From NCBI GenBank assembly GCA_025558095.1, contig JAIVFI010000035.1, forward strand, positions 248,001 through 312,000: 64,000 bases of DNA, written 5' to 3'. Below are positions 21,546 to 31,032 of the stretch, one piece after another. Positions within the stretch are counted from its first letter, which is position 1. The number at the start of each line of letters is the position of its first letter. This stretch comes from Hyaloraphidium curvatum SAG 235-1 (lineage: Eukaryota; Fungi; Monoblepharomycota). The notes under the pieces are model-generated. The model did no database searches, was not told the origin of the DNA, and saw nothing but the letters and a program-made list of their open reading frames with translations. The position numbers and the translations under genes were made by a program.

Positions 21546-22977
21546 TCACAGCTTCGCCTTATAGCCAAATTCCTTTGCCACGGCGTCCATGCCCGCGGCC
21601 GAAGCTTGCAGTGCCCGGTCGATGTCCTGGACAAGTTCCTGGTCAGATCTGGCCAACGACCTGTATGAAGCACCTCACCTGCTCGGTGTGGTGAACCGAG
21701 ACAAACATCGTGTGCGTCGGGTGGAAGTAGGCCCCGTTCTTCATCGCCACGCGGCTCCAGAGCATGCCGCGCTTCCATTCGCCGAACTTGTCGTCTTTGA
21801 ACAGCACCAGCGGCATCTGCGGCGGTCCGCTCTGGGAGATCGGGATGCCGCGCTCGTCCGCCTGCTTCTGGATCCCGTCCCGCAGCCGTTGGCCCATGCG
21901 CCGCATGTACTCGGGGCCGTCCAGCGCCTTGAGCTTGCGGAGGGTGGCAAGACATGCTGCAATGCCGATCGACTCGCACCAGAAGCTCCCCGTCACTGGT
22001 AACAAGCACCAAGCCTTAGCTGAAGTCGAAACGGACAGCAAAGGCGGAAATGCCCACCGTAGACGCTGGCGGCACCCTGCCTGAACTTGTCGTTGCCGGT
22101 CACGAACCCCATGGGGTACCCGTTGGCCACAGCCTTGCTCCACGCCGACAGATCCGGCCGGACGCCGACGAGCTCCCAGGAGCCCCCGAGGTGGAGCCGC
22201 ATCCCGGCGCGAACATCGTCGACAATGAGGGCAGCGCCGGCTTCGTCGCAAAGGGCGCGGCAGCGCTTTGCAAACTCGGGCGTCGGCATCGTGTGATCTT
22301 TCCCGAGGTCGTGCTGGAACGCGCTGACGAGGATGCCGGCCAGATCGCCCTTGGCCTTTGCGGCAGCTTCCTCGAGGGAGGCGATGTTGTTCCACTCAAA
22401 GGTTATGATGTGGGCGCGGTCCTCGGCCGTGACTCCAACCAACGACGGGCTGACCCATGGCACGGCCCCGTGATATGCACCCTTGGCAACCAGAACCTTC
22501 CGCTTCTTTGTCTGCGCTCGCGCGATCGTAACGCAGGTCGTCGTCGCGTCCGTTCCGTTCTTGAGGAAAATGCACCAGTCCGCGTGAGGCACGAGGTCGA
22601 CAATGTACTCGGACAGCTCGACCAGCAGTGGTGACGGTCCGGTCATGACCGGCCCCAGGGTACGAGCCTCGTCCACCGCCTTCTCCACGTCCGGGTCGTT
22701 GGGTCCGAGCACAACCGGACCGTACGCACACTGTAGTATTCGACGGGATTAGCTTGCTTGATCCCTCGGGAGACACCGGACCGACCATCAGATCGATGTA
22801 TTCCTTGCCGTCCACGTCGTAGAGTTTCGCGCCCTCGGCACGGGTGAACCACTGCGGGAATCCCCCCATTCCTCCTCCGTAGCGGGTGACATTCAGGTGG
22901 CCCCAGAGCATGCCAGGAACGACCTTGGCCGCCCGCTCCCGCAGCGCGGCATCCTTGGCGCCGATATCAAGCGACAT
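21546..22977 (-). CDS. Class III PLP aminotransferase, FumI (aminopentol aminotransferase)-like, with PTS1 AKL
   Basis: Four exons: YIDLM/CAYGP, KNGTDATT, KGAYHGA, IVDDVRAG, DLSAWSKAVANGYP, VTGSFW, YFHPTHTMF. The last exon reads DIDRALQASAAGMDAVAKEFGYKAKL*. Confidence 0.9.
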
Positions 22978-23112
22978 TCCGTTCAGTCCTGCTGACGAAG
23001 AAGCGAATGTCCCCCGAATCCAAATTGGTCTGGGAAGTTGGCGTCGATCGCTTGAGATCGATTGATCCGCGACGGCGCGGCGCCGACCGAAGACTCACTC
23101 GCTCCGCGTCGA

Positions 23113-24258
23113 ATGAGGCGTCGGAGTGCAGTTAAATGGATCGCAGTTTTTGCTCTCTTGGTCTTGACGCGGACAGGTCTTGGCGGGAATGACGTGCCGG
23201 GAGCCCGGGAACCGCGAGCACTTCGCCCCGCTCTGCAGCTCAGCAACTACACGTGGGCAAGCATCTCGCAGCTGCATTCGGGAGGAGTTTGGCCGCCCGA
23301 GCTGGATTGGCTGCGGAGTTTTGCAGAGGAAAAGCAGCTGGCGCTTGCTGTTGCCATTCTTCTCCTTGCGGACAAGGACTACCATACTGGAGGGGCGGGG
23401 TACGTCGATGCCGTCCGACTGCTCATCGAAAAGCTCGCGGACGACGACGTGACCGGCGTGCGGACACCGAATGTGGACGTGGTCGTTCTGTGCTCCCAGA
23501 ACGTGTCGGAAGTTTCTAAGCAGAGTTTAGCGGCATCGTTTCGGCGACACAGCGGGTTCCCCCGTGTTTCCTTCCGAGAACTTCCTGCATTCGATCTCGG
23601 TATCTCGCCGGATGGTTCGAGTTCTTGGAAGCAACGCTGGAATCTGGCATTTAGCAAACTCCTGGCCTTCTCCCCTGCAACCTTCGACAAACCCTACCAT
23701 TTCGTGTTTGCCCTGGATGCCGACGTGCTGCTTGTGAATCGGCCCTTGGATTCTGTGTTTGATGCAGCAGTGAACGCGCTCGACCGACGCTTAGCAAGCT
23801 GCTTCTCCAGATCCCAAAGCAATCTGACGGAGTGTCTCGCGCGCACGTACCCGTTCGCATCGCAGCGGCATAGCCCATGGGAACGAACATGGAAAGACGG
23901 ACGGCCTCGGCTACGCCCGATCTTTAAAGCCTCGGCTTTCATGATCTCGCCATCCGCTTTCCATTTCGATGGACTGAAGGCAACTGCACACAGAGACTGG
24001 AAGAGTTGGAAAGCTTCTCGGCAGGAGCATGGTTTGCTAAACCACTATTTTCAAAGCTTTGGCGACGCTGATGGTGCGTCTTTGTCGTGGTCTCCCCTCC
24101 ACGACGACCCTTGTTTCTTCCTGAACGTCGGACCGCGAAGCGCAGCCCTTCGAGAATCTTGCCCCTCCCCAACTCTCCTGCATGGCCATCTCTGGGAACA
24201 AACTCATCCATGGCACGATATCTGGCGGCAAACCAATAACAATGATAGAATCCAGTAG
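23113..24258 (+). CDS. Type II membrane glycosyltransferase, GT8 (Gnt1/glycogenin-like)
   Basis: N-terminal signal-anchor, WNLAFSKL, DxD in ALDADVLL, MISPS and GLLNHYF. Confidence 0.75.
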   Translation: MRRRSAVKWIAVFALLVLTRTGLGGNDVPGAREPRALRPALQLSNYTWASISQLHSGGVWPPELDWLRSFAEEKQLALAVAILLLADKDYHTGGAGYVDAVRLLIEKLADDDVTGVRTPNVDVVVLCSQNVSEVSKQSLAASFRRHSGFPRVSFRELPAFDLGISPDGSSSWKQRWNLAFSKLLAFSPATFDKPYHFVFALDADVLLVNRPLDSVFDAAVNALDRRLASCFSRSQSNLTECLARTYPFASQRHSPWERTWKDGRPRLRPIFKASAFMISPSAFHFDGLKATAHRDWKSWKASRQEHGLLNHYFQSFGDADGASLSWSPLHDDPCFFLNVGPRSAALRESCPSPTLLHGHLWEQTHPWHDIWRQTNNNDRIQ

Positions 24259-24265
24259 TAACTAG

Positions 24266-25894
24266 TTATGCATCGTCAGAGCCAGTTTCGTCCGCAGTCT
24301 CCTCCTTTTCGTCCGATGCTTTCTCCCCAGTCTCTCCGGCATCTTCGACTTCTGCTTCGGACGTAGCAGCCAAGGGCTTCGCGTCTGATTCCCTGTCCGT
24401 CGTGGTTTCGGTCGCTGCTTCCCCGGTTGCAGAGGGAGTTCCGTCCCCGTCGGAGTCCTTCTTGGAGGGAGCAGAGCCTTTCGCCGACGTGCTGCCTGCA
24501 TCCTCATCGGCTTCGTCGGTAGACTCGGGCCTGTCTGCCGCAGCCGCTTTGTCGGCCTCCGCCGCCGACACCTTTGCCGCCGCCTTGGCTGACTGCATTT
24601 CCCTTTCGTCCTTTTCCTCGTCAGAACCCCCCTCCTTAAAATCGGCAGTGGCAGGCTTTAGAACCGTAGCCGTTGCCGATGCCTCGGCCTTGCCAAGCGA
24701 GGAGGAAGCCTTCTGCGACAAGTCCTCGGTGGCAGTGGCAAACACCGTTTTGGCCAAGGAAAGAGCCGTCTTTGTCGGGGCGAGCAAATCCGAGCTCTTC
24801 TCTGCCGATTTGTCGCCCTGCTCCGTGCGCGCATCCTCCGCGGCGTCATCAGTGGCGGCAGACGGCTTCTTGATTTCCTTGATCGCGCCCTCGGCTGCTT
24901 CCACCTCGGTCTCCGACGTGCCAGTCTCCTTCATTTCGTCGCTCGCGTTGTCAAGAGACTTGGCACCGTCCGTAAGCGACGCTTTCTTGCTGTCGTTCCG
25001 TGCAGTGCCTTCTGCTTCCTCCTTGTCGGTCTCCGGCTTGCCGACCTCCTTCTTTTCATCGCTCTCACTGTCGATAGACTCTGTGGCACCCGTGGGCAAC
25101 ACCTTCTTGCCTTCCTTCGGAGCAGTGACGTCGGTTTCCGGTTTATGATCTTCTTCGCCGGCAGCGGGCTTTGCCGTCTTTTCCGCCTTGTCCTTTGCCG
25201 CCTCCGTAACAACATCTCCATCCTCAGTCGAGGTAGTACTCGCAACAGCGGTCTGCAGGGCCTTTGTGGTTGCCGTAGTGCTCGGCGAGGTGTCCTCGAC
25301 GGTATCGGTTGCGGCGGGCTTCTGCTCGGTAGCAGCAGCTTCCTCCTCGAGCTCGGCCTCCTGTTTCGGTTTCTTCAAATCCTGCGTGGCAGTGCCGCTG
25401 CTTTCGACGCTGAGCTCCGAGTCCTCCTGCTTCGATGTGGTCGCGGCCGGCGGGGTGTCTTCGTCCTCCTCGTCCGGCTTCTCGAGAACGTCCTGCTTCG
25501 CCGAACCCTCATCACTATTGTTATCCTCGTCGTCGTCGGGATCGTCGCCGTCGTCCTTTGGCCGTTCCCGGTCGCTGGCCACGGCCCCCGTCGCCTCCTT
25601 CAGCTCGTCCGAGTCCGCGCCGGCGAGGTTGGCCCTATCCGCCCCCGAATCCGGGCGCTCGTTGTCATCATCCTCGTCATCTTCGGCGTCGTCGTCCTCC
25701 ACCAGGGGTTGCTGAGCGGCGCCCTTCAGGCCCTCAAAGTCTGAGCGTTCGTCCGAGTACCCTCCGAGGCTGAAGGCCGACAGAGCCTTCTCGGAGATGC
25801 TCCCGGGGCCGGGAATGCGATAGACAGAGAAGCTGAGCGCCACAAGGAGCAGCGCTAGCGGGATAAGGAAGGGCAAGCGACAGCAGAAGAGCAT
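24266..25894 (-). CDS. Secreted or signal-anchored acidic low-complexity protein
   Basis: MLFCCRLPFLIPLALLLVALSFSVY followed by about 500 aa rich in D/E/K/A/T with no recognisable domain. Confidence 0.7.
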   Translation of the reverse strand: MLFCCRLPFLIPLALLLVALSFSVYRIPGPGSISEKALSAFSLGGYSDERSDFEGLKGAAQQPLVEDDDAEDDEDDDNERPDSGADRANLAGADSDELKEATGAVASDRERPKDDGDDPDDDEDNNSDEGSAKQDVLEKPDEEDEDTPPAATTSKQEDSELSVESSGTATQDLKKPKQEAELEEEAAATEQKPAATDTVEDTSPSTTATTKALQTAVASTTSTEDGDVVTEAAKDKAEKTAKPAAGEEDHKPETDVTAPKEGKKVLPTGATESIDSESDEKKEVGKPETDKEEAEGTARNDSKKASLTDGAKSLDNASDEMKETGTSETEVEAAEGAIKEIKKPSAATDDAAEDARTEQGDKSAEKSSDLLAPTKTALSLAKTVFATATEDLSQKASSSLGKAEASATATVLKPATADFKEGGSDEEKDEREMQSAKAAAKVSAAEADKAAAADRPESTDEADEDAGSTSAKGSAPSKKDSDGDGTPSATGEAATETTTDRESDAKPLAATSEAEVEDAGETGEKASDEKEETADETGSDDA

Positions 25895-26133
25895 CTTGCT
25901 GTCCGTTGTTTTTGGGACGACCCCTGCGACCGCCGCCCGATCACCGCGGATCGACTTCACCCGCCCTCGTGCCAGTCCGACCGGACAGGCACCAAAGGGA
26001 GCGCGCACGCAACGGAGAGCAACGGAGAAAGCACTTCCCATATTACATGGACAGAAATCTACCTGCAACGGGCAACGAAACCTCCTGATCTCTCCGCCCC
26101 ATTCTTGAGCCCAATCCCCAGGTGTTGCCGAAC

Positions 26134-27834
26134 TCAAGTATGGCCAAACTCCTTCAGGCGGAACTCGATGGCGCAATGCACTTTGCCCTCGGTCCAGTTC
26201 ACTGCACCCGTGTCGGGGTCCTTATGTGCCGAGCACATGATCAGGCGCATGTCCTGCCCTTCGCAGTAGCGCTTCATGTTGAGCGTGATCCCGAGTGACA
26301 GATCGTAAGTGTTCAGGTCAATGAAGGGCGCAAAGATCTCGAAGCAGTAGACTTGGTCCTTGAGGAAAACGACGTCCGGGTTCTGGAGGTTCCTCGGCGT
26401 CCTGAAGTATCGTCGGCGCTCGCCGCCGCTCGTGGTGCTGACCGGGGCGCCATCTGTAATGCAATTGGTTAGTAAACGGGGGCCGAGCGCGCCTGGCAGT
26501 GTTTCAGACCTTCGAACCCGCAGTCCTCCCACCAAACCTCCGTATCCTCCGCCAGTTCGTCGTCGGGGTGCGGAGGCGTCAGCGGCCAAGGTCCAAGGAC
26601 GTCCGAATTCAAGTCACGGCACGGACGGGCCACGAGGCCGTCCTCGTTCAGCTCCTTCTTGGCATCGGCGGCAGATATTTTGGAGCCCCGCCGAGACCTC
26701 TTGTCGCCGTCGCTGCTGCCCACACTGCTCTTTCGGCGGTGCTTTGGGGCCTGCTTCGACTGCTGTGGAACAGAGTGGAGGGTGCCGACGGTCCCCGTGG
26801 AAGCATGGGAGTTTCGGTTCACGACGGTGTGCTCCGACTCGACGCTTTTCCGATCCGTGTGCTTATCCGATTCGGCCGCCTTCCGCGCCGGCCAGGGGTG
26901 CTGTGCCCGCTCCGCGCGAATGACGTTCATCGCAGAGGCAACAGGGCTGAAGAAATAAGGCTTGTCCGACCAGGCGTAAACGAGGGAGGGATCAATCAGA
27001 GTTGCGACCCTGCCGGAGGCACACGATTAGCTGGGGTGCCGAACGCGGGGCATCATGAAGACACATACTTCCAGATGAGCCAGAAACCGCTTGGCTGGAG
27101 GACGAAAACAATGTCCATCAGTCTACGGTGAGGAGAAGCATGGGCCCCCCAACCAACCTGGACAGCCTTGCTATCGAAAGCTCCGCCAAAGTACAAGTCC
27201 GCCGCCGGCGTGTCCTCCTTGAACCTCCCCTGGATCAGCAAGGCAAAACGCCGTCGGCGATTTGGCTTTAGGAAGTACTGGAGGCCGAGAAGAGATAGGA
27301 GCCCGAGCGGAGGCACGAGGAGGAAAGGGAGCCGCGTGAGCCAAGAAAACACCCCACGGCAACCGCAGCAGGTCCGCGCAAACGCTACGCATCCGAATCG
27401 GTACACGGATCGGCCGGCACCACCGACGGCCACCGCAATCAAAGAAAATCACCTCCGGCGTCCTGGCGTTCTTCGGCCCGTAGTCCTTTATCCGCACGAG
27501 CACCCTGCCAACAAAGTGGTCGTTCTCAATCTCCATCGGTTGTGCGGGATCGTTGACGGTCGCTGGGACGAAGTGGTTGTGGTCCGTGTCCGGGGCGATC
27601 CAGACGTGCATGGCTGCAGAACACGGCGTCAGGCGCCGGTCCTCCCCGATGGTCCGCCAAGGCAAACTCACGCTGCGACGTCGGATGTCCCGGGCGGGAG
27701 GCTGCCGAGCGCAAGGTGTTCAGGAAATCGGAAGCGAAGTGCCGACAACCGGGGGACGCACCAGACGCTGCCTCCGCATCGTTCCCCGACGACAAACCTA
27801 GCGACTTGAAAGCGGAACTAAGATAGGATGACAT
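26134..27834 (-). CDS. DUF1769 family protein, multi-exon
   Basis: VNDPAQPMEIENDHFVGRVLVRI, IQGRFK..DLYFG, DKPYFFSP and RRRYF..VYCFEIFAPFIDLNTYDL. Confidence 0.85.
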
Positions 27835-28041
27835 CGTTGGCGCCGTTCGCGCCCGGACGCGTCAAATCGGCGGGGTTTCTGCGACCTTCGGCTCGTCTCC
27901 CGCCGGCCCAACTGCCAACTGCGGCTCACGAGCCCCGACCGATCAGGTGATCGCACATGCTTCGTGCCGTCCCGCAACTGGTCCAAATAAACCGATGCTT
28001 CGATTTATTCATCCAAGGCGACGTCCCGATGACACAGTAGC

Positions 28042-29563
28042 CTACAGCTTGGTCGCCCGGAGCTCCCCGAAGCGCGCGATCAGGTCCAGCGTAGCCTGGT
28101 TGGACAGGTGCCACGTTTCGGCCACCTCCTTGGCCCGGGGCGAAGCATTCTGTTTCTGGAAATAACGCGCGGCTATAGAAACGTCAGGATGGAGTCTGGC
28201 AAGGCCGGAAAGTGCGCGAGCCCACCGATGCCCTGGGCAATGATCGCCGACCGGAAGTTGGAGAAGGCGATGCAGAACTCGAAGCCGGGGATAGGCCAGG
28301 GGCGGCCGACGGCCTCGCAGTAGATCTTTTGCGACTCCTCCAGAGTGGGGATGCCCGGGGCGGCCTTGAATCCGGGCCGGTAGTAGGGGATGAGCAGGTA
28401 GGCGAGGTCGCTGAGCGGGTGGCCGATCGTCGCGAGCTCCCTGTGAAGCAAGACAAAGTCAGCGATATACCGACGCCATAGCGCCATAGCGCAAGGCGAC
28501 ATACCAGTCCAAGACGGCGATGATCTTGGGCTCGTTGGGGTCAAACATGATGTCTAAAGCGGCGATCAGAGAGGGTCTGGCAAGCGATGCCAAGCGCAAC
28601 ACCGACTGTGGGGGAAAAAGTCGCCGTGGAAGATCGTGGCCTCGTCCGTGACCATGTTGCGCTCGAACCACGCAACCTGCTCGTCCAGACCCACAGCGTC
28701 GCCGACCTCGCGGCCGTCGTCGAGGTTCTTGACGCGGGCCTGCTGCCGGCTCAGGCGGGCCCAGTTCTGGATGTTGCGCTGGTAGTAGCCTGGCCACAGG
28801 CACGTCAGCACGTTTGGCGGGACCACGGCCCGCGCCGCAATCACCAGAGTCCTTGCCGAAGCCCTGAAGGCCGATCTTCTTGTAATCGACCTTGTGGAGC
28901 TTCGCCAGCGTCTGGAGCATCTCGACCCACATGGCGCGCCGCTCCGCGGCGTCCTTTGCCGCCGGCAGGGCGGCCGAGGCGTCGTTGATCCGCCCGGGGC
29001 CGCGGAACTCCATCTTTGCGGGAACTGCTCAGCATCACCGTCGATGACAAGGCCGAGCGGGAACACCCACGACGTAAAAGTCGGTGCCGACGATGGCGGG
29101 GTCCTGGCAGAGCACGTAAGGCTTGGGGGACGGGAAGTCGATCCCGCTGTTGGCCAGAGCGTTCAGGATGCGGTACTCGCGATCGACCTGGAAAACAAGC
29201 GACCGTTAATCACCGCCATTGCCATCGTTCCGGAGGTACTCACCTGGTGGGCGGTGGGAGAGACAATCTTCCCCGGCGGCTTCTTCCTCATCACGTAGCG
29301 TTTGCCGTTGCCGTCGACCATGACGTAGGTGGGGTTCGACTGGCCCAGACCGAACTGCCCGAGGCTTCACGCCGCGGTAACGGGAGAGGAAAGGGTAACG
29401 TGAGCCCGTGACGTGCCGGCCCCCGCGGTGCGGCCCACATCATGGGACCCTTGAAGCCGGGGATGTTCTGGAGGCAGTAGGCCTCGAGCTTGGCCTCGTC
29501 CAGCTTCATGACCACCGGCCCGGCCCCGGGGGTGGCCTTCATGACTTCGGCTGGCGACGGCAT
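28042..29563 (-). CDS. APH-family phosphotransferase (ACAD10/ACAD11/LvaA kinase-like), ends TKL
   Basis: QFGLGQSNPTY, YVMRKKPPG, AHQ/VDREYRIL and spliced HGDFFPHNIMFDPNEPKIIAVLDW/ELATIGHPLSDLAY. The last exon ends GELRATKL*. Confidence 0.92.
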
Positions 29564-29924
29564 GTTGCCTCCGGATTCTCCACTGGATTCCCGTCCGAGG
29601 CGCGACGAAGGCGAAGCTTCCGTCAAATTTCTTTCTTCGAAGTTTTGAGCCCGCGATTAGGCCTCCCAGGAGGTGCCGAAGAGGGGGAAGATGCGATGGT
29701 CGGGTGTTTTGCGGAGCCGAAGTCCGGCCGCACAGACGCCCCTCGCCACCCGCTCAGCTGATTTAACGGGAAGGATTCTGGAGCTCAGACAGACGGAGGA
29801 AGCGCATCGGAGCTAGTTCTCTGCCCTCGTTTCTCCCGCGGACTCGGGAGCTCTCCGCCGTCGACCTTCTCCCACCCTCCCCAATCTCCCGCGGCGGACC
29901 CTCTCCCACCCTTTCCCGCCCGCA

Positions 29925-30913
29925 ATGTCCCCCCATCCCAAGTACAAAGCGGTCCTCTTTGACCTCGGCGGCGTGGTTCTCGGTTCCCCCGTCGGCGGCA
30001 TCTATGTGGGCCCCTCTGCCTCCCTCCCTTTCCCTGCTGGCCTCACCGCGCCCCCGGGAACCAGGAATACGAGCGCAAAGTCGGCCTCCCCGCCGTCATC
30101 AACTTCTGCATCTTCTCCAAGGGCAAGGACGGCGCGTTCCAGAAGCTGGAGCGCGGGGAGCTCAAGGTCGGCGCCAAGTTCTACAAGCTGTTCGAGGAGG
30201 ACATCGCGGACCCGGAGAACGTGGTCAAGTTCAAGGAGTACTTGAAGGCGCGGGGTAGGCCGATCCCGGCCAATCTGCCGGACAGGATCGTGATCAACGG
30301 CGAGGGTGGGTCGCTGTCCGCCGTCCCGCGCGAGACGGGCTGACGTCCGGGCCAGAGATGTGGAAGACGATGATGGGCAACTCGGCCACGGCCAACGAGG
30401 ACATGATCAAGTGCATCCACCGCCTCCGCGCCGCGGGCTTCCGCGTCGGCGCGCTGACCAACAACTTCAAGGACGAGCCCGAGGCCGCCAAGTCGGACCC
30501 GTCGCTGCTCACCCACCGCGAAAAGGCGGAGCCGCGGCACAAGATGTCGGACGGCCTGGCGTTCGACCTGCCGTCGATCTTCGACAAGTTCGTCGAGAGC
30601 AGCGTGATCGGGCACCGCAAGCCGGAGCCCAAGGCGTTCGCCATCGCCTGCGACGAACTGGGCGTGCGGCCCGAGGAGGTGGTGTTTTTGGACGACATCG
30701 GGACCAACTTGAAGGGGGCCAAGCAGGTCGGCATGACCACCATTTGTGGGTCCTTGGAATGCTACCTTTCCCTTTCCTTGCCGGTGACGCTGACGGCCGC
30801 CGCCCCCAGTGGTTGGCCTGAACCAGCAGCGCCAGGCGATCCAGGAGCTCGAGGGCATCCTCGGCGTCCCGCTGCTGGACGACAGCGTGGCCAAGGCCGG
30901 CGGCAAGCTCTAG
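29925..30913 (+). CDS. HAD-like hydrolase (ACAD10 / soluble epoxide hydrolase N-terminal type), ends GKL
   Basis: KAVLFDLGGV, LTNN, ESSVIGHRKPEP and VFLDDIGTNLKGA. 3 introns. The last exon reads WVGLNQQRQAIQELEGILGVPLLDDSVAKAGGKL*. Confidence 0.92.
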
Positions 30914-31032
30914 ACGGGTATCTCTGTAGACCTCCCTCCACTACACCGCGCCCCAGCTCTCTCGCTAAAAGAACGAAACTGCTACTTCCTTTCCTTTTCC
31001 GCCCTCGAAAACCCGCTCCCGTGAACGAGCTC

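Noticed and set aside
21083-22012. N-terminal 310 aa of the 684-aa ORF as part of the PB1-ZZ protein
   Set aside because: It overlaps aminotransferase exons in another frame and intergenic DNA. PB1 begins at Met 21082.
21546-22977. Glutamate-1-semialdehyde aminomutase (hemL) call
   Set aside because: Lacks HemL-type GVNSPVR and SGTEA motifs and has DDVRAG and KNGTDA. Fungi use the ALA synthase route.
28042-29563. Aminoglycoside-resistance gene
   Set aside because: The GQSNPTY, RKKPPG and DWELATIGHPLSDLA motifs mark the ACAD10/11-type metabolic kinase subfamily.
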